In this document: piece after piece, positions 25,169-37,583 of the stretch
Position numbering within the stretch: position 1 is the stretch's first letter
Layout: the number at the start of each line of letters is the position of its first letter
Origin: Saprolegnia diclina VS20
Lineage: Eukaryota
Assembly: GCF_000281045.1 (NCBI RefSeq)
Contig: NW_008246075.1
Span: forward strand, 305,476-364,698
Length of the DNA stretch: 59,223 bases
Reading direction: 5' to 3'
Translations under genes and position numbers: made by a program
The notes under the pieces: model-generated
What the model saw: only the letters and a program-made list of their open reading frames with translations
Told to the model about the DNA's origin: nothing
Database searches by the model: none

Positions 25169-26733
25169 ATGGTCCCCACGTGGTCGTGGGACGAGATGCT
25201 CGACGCGCTCGCGCGTTTCCGAAAGCTCCATGGCAACTGTGCCGTGCCACACGAGTTCAAGGTGCCGGCGACCGACGCATGGCCATCCGCGCTGCACGGG
25301 AAGCGTCTCGGCTCGTTCGTCTTTGCGTTGCACCGGCGCGTGGAGATCGCCCCGCACAAGCTGTGGAACTCGCTGCACAGCCTCGGCTTCAAGGTCAACT
25401 GGTTCTCGGCCACCGACCTCCATGCTCTCGTGAACCACGAGCACCAGCGCCTGCCGGTGAATGCCGTCATCGAAGCCCTCGCGACGTACAAGAAGACCTA
25501 CCGCTATGGTGCCGTCCATGTCGAGTTTCAAGTGCCAAAGAACAAGTCGTGGCCAGAGGAAGCGCATGGCCTCGCGCTCGCCGATGCGCTTGCGCAACTC
25601 CACGAGTACGAGCTGCCAGTGGACATTGAAGCTTCGCTCCGGGTCCACGGCTGTTTTGTGACGTCGCCGCCATGGGAGCAGCTTGTCGGCCTCCTGGAAG
25701 CGTACCAACGTCTCCACGGCGACTTTTCCACCGTGCTTGTCGACTACATCGTCCCCGCAACGACCGACTGGCCGCAAATGTGGCACGGCCTCGAGCTCGG
25801 CTGCGTGACGTGGCGCCTCGGTCTGCGCCTTCTGCTCCTCCCGGCCGACTACCAGGCGACGTTCGCTGAGCTGGGCTACGTCTTTCCAGCCCACGACATG
25901 TGGGTTCATGTGTTTGAGGCGTGGGCGACGTACCAAGACCTCGTGCGCTCGGGCAAGCTCGACCAGCCGCTGCTGCCCCAGTTGGGGTACGTGGTGCCCA
26001 TTGATGACGACTTGTGGCCGCCGACAATGGCCGGTATGCGCCTTGGCTACTGGGTGCGTGAGCTCGCTTCCGCGCAGGCGCTGTACCTCTTGGCCCCGGC
26101 GACCGTCGACCAGTTGCAGCGCATGACCGCCCCGTCGCCAGAAGCGATGGCAATGACCGTCGACGAGGCGCGTGGCGGCTCGGACGATCACGGTATGTCG
26201 GTCTTGGACGCCTTTTCTGAGGCAGAGTGCAGCTGGGGCGACTCCGAGTCGGGGCTGTCCGATTCCGAGCTGTCCGAGTCGGAGCTGCCCGCGTCAGAGC
26301 TGCTCGATTCAGAGATGGAGACGTCCGACGCAGAGACGCTCGTGCTTGGCGACGACGACGACGCATTGTCGACAAGCGATGGCGTCACGACCGATGACGA
26401 CGAAGATGACGACGATGAGGTCGCAACCAGAAGGTACGATACCGACTCCTGCACGCGTTAACAACACGCAATGCTAGTGCTACGGAGGCGCCTGCTGTGC
26501 TAACCGCGCTTGCTGCAGCGGAATCGGCTGTGCACGACGAGAATGCCATGGCTGCGCCCAGTAGTGACGAGCTCGAATGCAAGCCAGACCCAATCCAGCT
26601 CCGGCCACGGGCAACGCGCTCGTTGCAAACACGGTCTGCCGTCCACAGTGTGGCTGCTCGCGTGAAGGAAGAGCGACCATCGAGTCCTCGCCGCCTACGA
26701 CCTCGATTGCTCGTGAATCGCTATCGCCCTTGA
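25169..26733 (+). CDS. Protein with four helicase-associated (HA)-like repeats and an acidic tail
   Basis: Repeats of form W...AL..Y...HG...V...F.VP....WP....G..LG, four times; then an E/D/S-rich region; intron 26434-26477 joins a final exon ending ...NRYRP* at 26733. Confidence 0.75.
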
Positions 26734-26937
26734 GTTTGCTCGCGTGTTTCCGCGCGTCGACGACGTAGTTTTCCGTGTTGCAGGTTAAAACCCAGCATTT
26801 GCTCGTCTCAAGCATACGTCGACTGCGCAGCATGGGTGGATCTACTAGTAGAAGGCTCTTTGTTCATCGCTGGGGCGCTGTCGCGTCTCGGATGCACTTG
26901 ACGCTCGACGCTGGTGGTGCCACGAGGGTCGGTGCTC

Positions 26938-26953
26938 TATCCGGATCCGGATA
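26938..26953. promoter_or_regulatory. Perfect 16-bp palindrome TATCCGGATCCGGATA (double ATCCGGAT) upstream of the MscS gene
   Basis: Read directly; about 63 bp upstream of ATG 27016. The same 8-mer recurs upstream of other genes. Confidence 0.5.
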
Positions 26954-27015
26954 AAGGTGTTTAAAACTGTTTCAGCTGTTTGTTTCTCGAGGCAGTCCAA
27001 CTGGCAGGAAGCAGC

Positions 27016-28624
27016 ATGGCGCTAGGCGACCCGGCCGACATCTCGATCACGCCGTCGACGTGGAACTACGTGGGCGCCGTGGCCATCGTCGTCGCCGCAT
27101 GGTTCTTCCGCGTCGAGATGATCCGCGTGACGCTGCGGCTTCTCATGCGTGGCCTCGCGGCGCAGCAGCGGTATCGGAGCATCGCCGGCGGCCTCCGCGA
27201 GTTTGAAAAGCTCGTCTTGTACCCGCTCTCGTATGTGGTCTTTATGGTCTTTGTGTGGATCGCGCTCACGATCACGAGCGCGCTCGAGCTCCCGACCGTC
27301 AACACGATCGTGCAGATTGGCATTGGCATCCCGATGCTCTGGACCGTGCTGCAGCTCTGCAAGTTTCTCCACGTCGTACGTCGTCTCGCCTCCATCCTGA
27401 TCATCCTCTTCAGCACCGTCTTGGACTGACTTCGGTGGTAGATGGTGTTGCGGCGCCAGGGCTGGGACGGCCACGACGACAACACGGGCAAGGTCATGAT
27501 CGTCACGGAAGGCATTGGCGTACGGCCTCGTCGCTCTCGAGTGGGCATGCGACGTCCATGACCTCTTGTAGGTGCTGCAATATGTACTCTGCGCCGTCGT
27601 CTTCTACTACTTTTTCTTGAGCCAACTCCAATTCGACACGGTCGAGATCATCACAACGCTCATTTTGGTGCTCGAACTCCTCTTCCTCCTCAGCTCCCAC
27701 ACTTGGGTACTACGACATCGTCCTCCTCCTCACTCTTCTCATATTCGTTGTAGTTTCGCAATGTCATGGGCGGTCTCATCCTCCTCATTGACGAACCCAT
27801 CAAGAGCGGCAGTCACATCAAGGTGCTCGAGATCGAAGGCGTCGTCGAGCACATGTACCTCCAGTTCTTTACCGTCCGGCAGTACGACCAAGGCCTCGCG
27901 ATCGTCCCGAATGGCATCCTTCTCACACACGAAGTCCACGTGCGCTCCAAGTCGCTCGACGCGCGCATCGTCCTCGACGTCCACTTGGCGCACGAGACGC
28001 CGCCCGCTCACGTCCGCGCTTTTGTCCGCAACGCCGACCGCTTTCTGAGCCAGCACGCGCTCGCGTCGACGTCGTCGGCAGCCAAAGCGCATGACGAGCA
28101 CATCACCGCAGCGAAGCTCTCGCTCACCCAAGTACTGCGGCGCGCGGTGTGCGAAAAGACGCTGCCGACTGCCGGCGCGACTACGAGTAGTTCGAGCACG
28201 AGTAGTACGAGCAATGCCCACCCGGTTCGGTTTTGGGTCACGCTGGACGGTCTCTACCGTGTACAACTTGTCTACTACGTCCACGACCACAAGTTCAAGC
28301 ACCTCATTGTCGAGAAGCGCGAGGTAGACGCTTTGATGTGGCGATCCACCATGTGCGTTCTTATGGGACATGCGGTAGTTGGCGCTGGGGCTCACGAGCT
28401 TGCTCTCGACGATGGGCCTGTCACTCTACGAGCCGGCACCACCGACGATGCCCAAGGCGCCGCCGTCCACGACACGGCTACCACCGATCGCCGAGGCGTT
28501 CACCGACGACGACAACAGCAGTGTCGGTCGGCCCGAGAGCAGTCGACGAGACTCGGACGACATGGATGAGACGTCGGGGCCCTACCGACGTCGGCGCGGC
28601 CAACACGACACAATGTCAACCTAA
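27016..28624 (+). CDS. MscS-family small-conductance mechanosensitive channel, multi-exon
   Basis: Several N-terminal TM helices, then FRNVMGGLILLIDEPIKSGSHIKVLEIEGVVEHMYLQFFTVRQYDQGLAIVPNG (MscS beta domain). Confidence 0.85.
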
Positions 28625-28685
28625 AAGAAGACAATATTCTCCACGTTACGAGAGACTAGTCGTGCGAGCGTCCACTGTCGGTCGC

Positions 28686-30475
28686 CTAGTTCTTTGCCCG
28701 GTAAAAGGTGAGGTACGCCATGTGCCAGTCGCCACCGCCCTTGAGCTTCTGAATGTCCTCCGTCTTGCACGGGCTCACGTTGTCATCGTCAAAGCAGAGC
28801 CAGTCGTCGTCCTTGACGCGCGCCCAGCCAATGTAGTGGCCCGAGTCGGCCGACCGGCCCTTGTGCGTCACGACGGCAAAAAGCTCATAGTTGCCCTATC
28901 CCCGTCATGAGTGTTTCTACGCTTTTTTTTCAAAATGAATCCACCTGGAAGTCGAGCGGGAGACCAATGCCGGCCGACGCGCGGCCGTTGGCCATCGACA
29001 TGGTCTTGGCCACCTCGAGCGCTTCCTTCTCCTCGGCCGAGAGGCCTTCCATGTCCACGTCGGGCTTCTCTTCGGCGTCACCCACCGTCGTCGTCTCCGG
29101 CTTCTTGTCTTTGAATTCGTTCAAAATCAGGTCGGCGTTCCTAGCGCCAATTTGAGTTTCGGCTCCGTATAGCGATTTGCGGCAACGTACTTGTCACGGC
29201 CCACCTTGAGGACGGCCTTGAGCTCGTCCGAGCAAAATGGGAACATGTCGAGCACTTGGGGAAAGCTGATCGGCTACAATACACGGTTCGAATCCTGGTA
29301 ACCGTACGAGTTGCGATACGTACGCGCAGCATCTTGCACTTGACGCCCGTGTGGTCGCGGCTCTCGGGCGTGAGCTTCCAGTAGAAGCGCATGAACTGGA
29401 CGCAAATGTACTTGGGGAGGCGGTTGATCTTCATCGTCTTCTTCCACGTCGCGTTGCGGCCGAGAACGTCAGAGTTCTTCTCAATCGTGCCCTCGAGACC
29501 CTACGCCGCGTGATGTTATGATCGACGACGAAGCGCCCATGCTTACGATCGTAATGCCCTCGGAAATGTGGTTCGTGTCCTTCGTGATATTGCACACGAG
29601 CTTGAGCGCCTTCTCCTTCTTCATCATGACGGGCTCGGCGTCCGTCTCGCCGCACTCGAGGCTACGCATGTGGTTCATGAGCGTACAAGGGACAAGAGCG
29701 CTGCAAGACGTACCGTTCTTCCATTTCGAGGCCAAAGAGCGCATCGACCATGTTGTCGGTCGACTCCAAGCTCTTGATGGTCGTCGTCGGCGCCTTGAGC
29801 TGGCGACCCAGCGTGCTAAAGAGCGCCGACACAAACTCGTCGCTATCCTGCTGCATGTAGCCGCCGCGCGGGCCTTGCTGTGCAAACTGAGGAAACGCGC
29901 GGCGCAGCGTCTACCCATGCATGAGCCTCCTATGCCCAAGAAGAGGGACGTACGTCGACAAACATCATGGGCGGGATGCTGTCCAGGTTCGAGTCGAGCT
30001 GCGCGTACGTATCGCGGAGGCTCGAGGTAAAGTTGTGCGCGAGGTCGGCCGAGAGACCGCCCTTGTACTCCTTGAGCGCCTCGCGAAAGTCGGGCGCGTA
30101 CCGCAAGCACTGCAGCGTCGCGTTCATGTAGCACGTGTTGCCGAGGTTGACGAGGCCGGCAGGCATGGCCACGCCAGCGCTAGCGAGCTCCGAGCTCGAG
30201 AGGTCTTCGGCAAAGACGATCTTCTCAGTCGGCGCCTTGATCTCTTCGGCCGAGCCCATGAGCATGATCTGCGTGAGCTTGGACGCATCGAGCGTCGTGA
30301 GCGGGACGTCGTCCTTGAGCATGCCCTTCCACGCCTTGGACATGAGCTTCTGGCGCTCGATGGGCACGAAGGTCAGCGAGTAGATCTGCGCGCGGAGGCC
30401 CGCGACCGTGCCATGCTCGAGGTCCACGTCGAGGTCGAAGGACTGCTTGCCCCACTTGAGCGTCACGGCCACCAT
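28686..30475 (-). CDS. USP14: Ubiquitin carboxyl-terminal hydrolase 14 (UBP6), multi-exon
   Basis: N-terminal UBL (VTLKWGKQ...VPIERQKLM); Cys box GLVNLGNTCYMNATLQCL; QQDSDE; RLPKYICVQFMRFYWK; His box THKGRSADSGHY; LKGGGDWHMAY. Confidence 0.96.
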
Positions 30476-31179
30476 AACTCCTGCTCCTCTTGCTGGCCGA
30501 TGGAAAATGGTTCTGGATTTCGGCAGCGACGGGGAAATTGCGAGCTTTTTAGCCAATCAGCGACAAGTGCATTCGCGCCGCCTCCCCACGTTCGCTACAC
30601 GGCAAACCTGCGAGACTTGATAATATTAACACCGCCCAGGCGTTGCCACGTCACCGACGACGAGCGAGCATCTCCACGCGACGACGTTGAACCCTCCCAC
30701 GCCATCGAGTCAAGCCAGCCAAGAACCGATGAACGAAAGGCATGGATGTCCAAGGAGGCGTCAGAGAACCAAGGCAGCTCGAATGACTCTTCCATGCATG
30801 TCCGTTTTCTCCAGAGATGCAATGCTACCGGGGTATCGATGACGACTTGACGCGTCATGGGCTTGTGCCACAGTCCTTCCGCTGAGCGTCAAGCAAGCAC
30901 GCCGAGTCTCCCAAAGGTCCTTCATATCCGCACCCACTGTCAGAGTATATATCGTTGGAGTGTCTTGCAGGAGCTATTTTTTCCATGGCGCACCGTATCG
31001 TGCATGCACACAAGGTCCACCACCTTCTATATACCCTTGGCACCGGTCATTAACAAATGTGTACAAATCCAAACACCAAATTTTCAATTCAAGAATGGTG
31101 TCGAACGGCGACTATTGTCCGAAATCCCAAGCTGGAAAATTACGGTTTTCCCGAAACGAACATCGCAACTCGACGCAAC

Positions 31180-33281
31180 ATGCATCGACTCGGCATCCGC
31201 AATGCCGAAGTCGCCGTCATCAACGACGAGATGATCCAAGCGAGTATCACCAAGGACGGCGTCGACACGCTCAATGAGAGCGCCGTCACAGACGTCGAGG
31301 GCAGCAGTCCGGACATTGATTTTGCCAAGCTCCAAGTGCTCTCGCTCTCGTTTCGCAACATTTTCAAAATCGACAACCTCCTCACGCTGCGCAGCCTCAC
31401 CAAGCTGCAACTCGACAACAATGTCATCCAAGAGATTGAGGGCATCGGGCACCTCACGAACCTCACATGGCTCGACCTCTCATTCAACAACATTGCTGAA
31501 ATCAAGGGCCTCGAAACCCTAACAAAGCTGCACGATTTGACCTTGTACAACAACAACATTGCAAAGTTAGAGAACCTCGACGCCCTCAAGCAGCTTCAGG
31601 TACGTTGCGCGATCGAAGTTTTGTTGTTGATTTAGCTCATTTTGAAACAGGTGCTCTCGGTGGGCAACAATGCGCTTGGCAACACGGAAGGCCTCCTGTA
31701 CCTCAAGTGCCTCGAGAAGCTGCGTGTGCTCAACCTCGAAGGCAACCCCGTGTGCTCCGACCCCGAGTACCGCGCGTACGCTGCCGTCCATTTTTCACGA
31801 CTTGTGGTGATGAACGAGATAGGTTTGTCCTCGCGCATCTCGATAAGCTCAAATACCTCGATTATTCGCTCGTGGACATGGCCGAAGTCGTGCAAGCGCG
31901 GGAGCAGTACCAGGTACGATGCGCCCACAAGGTATTTTGACAATGGATGCAAACACTGTGCGAATAGGACGAGCTGGAAGAAATGAAGGAGGTGAAAGCG
32001 ATCGAAGATGCGGCGCTGGCACGCGAGGCAGACCACGCCAAGTATACGCAAGTGCTCCAAGAAGCCAGCATTATCATTCTCGAGGTACTCGCTTCATCCA
32101 TAAACATTGGATCACATGAGAGGATCAACCTAGACGCTGCTCCACGATATGTTTAAAGAAGACACGGAGATCAGCAAGATTGAAGTACTGCCAGGTATGG
32201 TCCATTTAGCTACCTACATTGTGTTACTATCGTCTGGCATTAGGGTTACGCAACTTGATCGATGACTACACGGAAAAAGTCAAAGCCGCCACCGAAGACG
32301 TTAAAGTCGTGCTTCTTGAGAAGCACGCATCGATCCAAGCTGCGTGCACGGGCTTCAAGTCCCAGTACAAGAAGCAGAACGATACGACGCAGCACAACAG
32401 CATCCACGCGTGCGAGCGCTACAAGAAGGCGGTCAAGCACCTCTTCAAACAAGCGGTTGCGACCGCCGACGCGGACGTGACACCCGTGCTAGGCCAAGCC
32501 CAAGGTATGTATCAACTTGACAGATTGAAAGAATCTAATACACTGTATTGTAGCGGCGTGCGAGGGCCTCAACACGGAGCTGCTCGAGCACGAGTCGCTT
32601 TTGATCGAGTTTGCACAAGACGCGATCGCGTCGTTGGAAAGTCACATTGAGACGATCGGGATCGAAGCGAGGGCCGTCGCGACCGACCATTTCCGGACGA
32701 TCGAGACACTCGAAAACCACTTCTTCGATGCCGTGACACAGGCACGCTGTTGCCTCGTTGAGAAGTTTGTGCGATGATCCTACATAGCTGGCGGCGAATC
32801 TGCTCGAGCGCATGGCGACCGAAGACGGCGAAGAAGACGATTTTCTCAGCGACGAGTGCCGTGCGATCCTCAACGATCGGTGGAAATTGTGCATTTCGCG
32901 CAAATTTAGCATTTTTTGTCGTAGCGATGCGCTCAACAATGCTATCAACGGGTCCCACGATATCCACATTGGCAAGCTCCTTGCCCAAGAAGACTCGATG
33001 CGCGAACAAAACGTCACCAAGATCCACGAGGTACGCGGTTTATGGACACCATGGCTGCATTTCCGTGGACTGGCATCTCATGCGCTATACTAGGTAATCA
33101 AGACGGCCAAGGACGACGAATGGACCCGCAACCGCAAGCGCGTTGCTGAGATCATCAACATGAAGGTACGCTTGATGCGTTGCTTGTTGGTATACGTATC
33201 GTTGGTGTGCAGGAAAAGCACTTGTCCGAGATCGCTGCCTTGCGAGAAGAGCTCTCGCGCACCGAGGACGAGTTTTACTAG
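31180..33281 (+). CDS. DRC3: Dynein regulatory complex subunit 3 (LRRC48), multi-exon
   Basis: VINDEMI...LSLSFRNIFKIDNL..L..LTKLQLDNN.I..IEG...L.NLTWLDLSFNNI; NLEGNPVC; LKYLDY; C-terminal AINGSHDIH and RNRKRVAEI. Stop TAG at 33279-33281. Confidence 0.9.
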
Positions 33282-33892
33282 CCGACTTGCCTTGTATTGT
33301 ACATACATTACGGAAGATTCCCACTGCGTTCGTGCGAAAATGACGAGCGCAACGGAAGCCAGCACACCTTGTCTCGAGAGTCGCACGGCCAAGGCTCAGT
33401 TTGCTGCTTAGGAATCTTGAGTGGGCGTGGCTCGACGGCGATGCCAATGTTTACGACCTGGCCCGAGCCTCGTGGGACAGCACACAATTATAATGACATC
33501 GCACCAGAAAAACACTAGTACTTTGCGTGCTTCCGACCTCCTCGCAGTGTGATGTATGCGCATCGGCGTTGACAAATTCGGGACTGGCGATCTTCTGCAG
33601 GAATCCGGATAACTTACCCCGCACCGGTTACTTGTCGCTACAAACTTCAAGTCAAAGTACTTTGAAACGTCATCCGGATAAAAGATTAAGATAACCGAGT
33701 ATCTTTGCGTTTTATCCGGCATGGCGTGGCGCTCTCCTGCGCACGATCGCCGCGCTGCGCAGACAATCCCGGAGCTAACAAGTACTCTGCGTGCGGTACC
33801 GGAACCAGCCCCACTGAGTATTACCAAGAGCAAGACGCGAAGGGTGCATTCATAAGAAGCAACGACTACCGACGTACTCCAGCGGAAGACAC

Positions 33893-35268
33893 TTAGCAAA
33901 ACACAGACGGGCCCTTTGTCCAGAGCAGTGGCGAGCGAAGCCGACGACACACGACAAGAAGCCGCATGAGCTCGCTCTGCTGGTCGCGCAAGAGAGCCGC
34001 CATCGCGCTGGGCGAGTGTGGCGAGGCGCGCTTGGCCAGTCCAATCGCGATCGCGCGAAGACGACGGAAGGCGCCGTGCGTCAAGTCGGGGATGTCGGGC
34101 AGCTGCAACTGGTTCCACACATCAATACGCGCACGAAGCGACGGCTCGCCGCGGTAGAGCGCCACGAGCGCGTCGTCACGCTGGGCGTACAGTGGCGCCA
34201 GCGTATGCTGCAAGTCGTGGACGCGAGCGAGTGCGGCGTTTCGCGAAGCTGCGTCATTGGCGCCCACGTCGTCGGCGGCTTCGTTTAGCGCATCTTCAAC
34301 CCCGCACACGTCAACGTTGATTGCATGAAACGTCTCAAGCTCGAGAGCGCTCCACGTCACGACACCGAGCGCACCAAACCCAGACGCCGGTACGTCATTT
34401 GAAGCCGACTTGGCGACAGCTGGTGATGCCAACGACGACGCCTCGTCGATCGTGACCGCCTCGCAGTCGATGACAACCGCGGTATCGTCGCTATGACCAT
34501 CGTCCATCACGACATCGTCGTCGTCATCCGAGTCGAGAAGTATCGGGTTGTCAATGCGAGCACCAGCCATGCCACTGTCCTGGTGAATGGGGCTTGCTGC
34601 CAGCAGTACGTCATCCGAGTCGAGAAGAATCGGTTCGTCATCCGAGTCGAGTAGAATCGGGTCGTCAATGCGAGCACCAGCCATGCCACTGTCCTGGTGA
34701 ATGGGGCTTGCTGCCAGCAGTACGATCTCGGGCTTGATACTAGGAGTCATGTTGGCGCTAAACAGTGGCGCGATGGATGAGAGCTCGAAGACAAGATGAT
34801 TCAGAAGACGTACTTCAACATGGCGTTGTGGGCAGTCGTAATCTCGCGCAAAGCACACACACGGTTATAGAACGTCTCGAGTGGTTCGTTGTCGAGTGCG
34901 TGCAGGACGGCCTTGAACCCACAGCGCGTGAGAACGTAGTTGCCGTCGGCGACGCTGCAGACCTCACTCGTTCGATCGACGTTGGCCGCGTCGAGGAGGT
35001 GTTCGATCTCCATGGCTGCGCTACCGCTTGGCGTGAGGAACGCAAGAGCCGAGTTGGCGTCGACGACAAAGCCGTCACTCGAGAGCTTCGAGATGCGAAT
35101 GAGCTCGGCCTGGGCAGGCAGCGGCACGTCGGTGGTCCAACCGTTGCTCAACGTCATGACCTTCTCGAACGACATCGGGGATGTCATACCGCTGACGCGC
35201 GCTTGCACTTGGGCGAGGTCGTAAGCGGGCTGCTTCGTCATCAAGGTCGCAAATTCGGAAATGGACAT
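33893..35268 (-). CDS. Hypothetical two-exon protein with an internal duplicated acidic repeat
   Basis: ATG at 35268 (MSISEFATL...); intron gtacgt...gtttag (~34758-34813) joins in frame to ANMTPSIKPE... and on to a stop at 33893. Confidence 0.65.
34524..34724. repeat. Intragenic duplication: two ~87-bp near-identical copies (period 114 bp) separated by a 27-bp partial unit
   Basis: Encodes VLLAASPIHQDSGMAGARID[DN]PILLDSDD twice, plus an extra EPILLDSDD. Confidence 0.9.
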
Positions 35269-35865
35269 TAAACGGGCGAATGCGACCTTCAACGCGGACT
35301 GCAACGTGACGTTATGGCGGCGGCGGCGCGAGGCTGGGATGTCAGCGTGATGAACACTCAGCTGCCAGAGTCAGCGGCGACGGCGGACGGCGTGAAGTCG
35401 ACAAGAGAGGTCGGCGCAGCGGGGGCATCGTCGTTGGTGCAACTCGGTCGCCAGAACATGGAGAAGGATGCCACAGTTGCCGGTGACCCCTTTTCAGCCA
35501 ATCCGATGCATTTTTGAAGAAATTTTAGCCAATCCAAAGCCATTGCATCGTGCATCTTGGCACCCACGGTGGCAACACACTGTGGAGTCTCCTTGTGTGT
35601 GTGAACGCAAGCGCGTGAACCCTTCCACAAGAGACCAAATCTGGCTCGCCTTGGGCCGTTCTTGGTCGTCCATATTCGAATGAATACCTCGATTTGCTAA
35701 CACTATTTCCGTGATGACGTGGCGCCCTCCTGTGGTCGGCATCGTGCTCGGTCGATGCGCTCAGCTGAGGAAATTAATAGCGCCATACGAACGGCCCACG
35801 CGTCCTGCAAGACATATTGTCCACAATATATGGCCATCCAATTTGGTTGTCTACTTGTCTACCGA

Positions 35866-37138
35866 CTAGATTGATTGAAAATCAAAGCGGGAAGAGCGCA
35901 CGACGATGCTGCGTCCTTCAAAGAACGCATCGGCGTCCCGGTGGTCTTGATAGAATTCGCCATCGTCCGTTTCCTCGTCGTCGTCGTCAGCGATATTAGC
36001 GTCCGCTGTCGCACCAGGCGCGAACAAGACGGGCTCCCTCTCACTTGGCGGCCACGAATACAAGGGACTGTCGCCCAGCGCAGCCGTCGCAAGGTACCGG
36101 AGCACGAGCACGCGGCGCACTGCCAGCGCCGAGTTGGGCGCGGACGCATGTGGCAGCAACGGGTGATGTACCGCCGCCTACGATACGTCATATCTTCAGC
36201 TTGCTTTCAAAAGAGCACGGTTGTCGACCTCGCCGGCGCGAAGATTGTAGGCCACCGGTGTTTGCGACGCGACGAACGCAGGCGTAAGGACTTTGTCAAA
36301 CTGAAAGTGGTCGGATGCTTCGCTCTACGCACACGCTGCAGTCGCTACCGGGGCGAAACGCGCTCGTTCGTACAGGAAGAAGGCCGTGCTTGTGCAAGCC
36401 TGGCAGCACTTGCAAAGCGCCACTGCCGAGGTCGCGCACATCGTCCAGCGTAATCCTACATACAGGCGACGATATTTGGTGGCATCCTCAAGAAGCGCGT
36501 ACCAAACAGTCGCCATCGGCGCATCGTCGTTGCGGCCGTCTTGATGCCACGGCGTTGGCGGGCACCTATAAGACTGCACTCAGCAACGAACCATCGCATG
36601 GGCAAAGACGTGCCCGCGCGGCTTGCAAAAGAGGTGCGTTTGAATGAGCGTGATCTCGGGGCCGCAAATGTGCTAGTCGTCAACCCACGATGAGCGTTGG
36701 CGCCTAGCTTCGGGATGCAAATGCGACTACCTGTACCGCATCGAGCAGCGCTGGCTCGGACGCCTAGCCATCGCTGTCGTCAGCAGAAGCGAGCTTGTTG
36801 CAGTTGCCGACAAGGTCAAACAGCCAGCGCTCTCCGAGGAGATGCACGTTCATGATCCACTCGCGGGATACGTCCTCGCTACCACAGCACCCAGGATCAG
36901 CATCGAGCCATTCGATATGGCGGCGAGACGGCGTACGCGGTGGCGGCGAGGATGCGGTCGACGTGTCGACACATGATGGCACACGCATCGGGCGTCAGGA
37001 AGGGCCGCCAGAGCGCATCTGCATCGGTATCATGAGGATGGGGCGAGGTCGCTTGATCACGTGCGTACAGCCAGCGTCCACGTACTGCCGCGCGTGGTCC
37101 TCGGCGCTGTATCGGAACCGCGGGTCGAGAACGCCCAT
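35866..37138 (-). CDS. Phytanoyl-CoA dioxygenase (PhyH)-family Fe(II)/2-oxoglutarate oxygenase, 9 exons
   Basis: Manual splicing gives MGVLDPRFRY...YVDAGY...DLASEPALLDAVQHICGPEI...LFCKPRGCPPTPWHQDG...ATVWITLDDV...GALQVLPGLHK...LRAGEAAVHHPLLPHASAPNS...RRVLVLRY, i.e. an HxD...H triad plus the 2OG-binding Arg. Confidence 0.87.
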
Positions 37139-37583
37139 GACGTCACTTCTTGCAGTCCGTTGCGTGCAATTAGACACAGCAAGATCAGCGAACCACGTAA
37201 GATCGCCGGCCGCAACCACACTATCGACTCTGTGCGCCTGCGACTCTGTCGTCGGTATTCGCTCACGCAGCTCCGTGTCATTGCACTTTGCTACGGGTTC
37301 CTGCTCTGCACACTCTGTCGCCGTTATTCGCAGTCGCAGTGCACAGTTCGCAGGTGCAAGAACGGAAGCACTGCAAGTCGAGCTTCCCTCGTAGGCTACT
37401 CGGTCAATAGTCGACGACATATTGCGCATGATATGCATGGATGATGCGCTATCGCGTCATCAAGCATGATGCACGGGACAGGGCGCCACGTCAACCCCCG
37501 AGCTTGGCACGGGCTTGCCCAGGTTGTGTGTGATTAGCCATCGCCCGTCGTCCGGATACGCCGGTCATTCATTTCCGATTTTG

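Noticed and set aside
34524..34724. Repeat-spacer-like pattern suggesting CRISPR
   Set aside because: It is an in-frame coding duplication in a eukaryotic gene, with no unique spacers or cas genes.
36764..36997. Apparent stop-codon readthrough between consecutive in-frame ORFs
   Set aside because: Explained by introns and frame changes of the PhyH-family gene.
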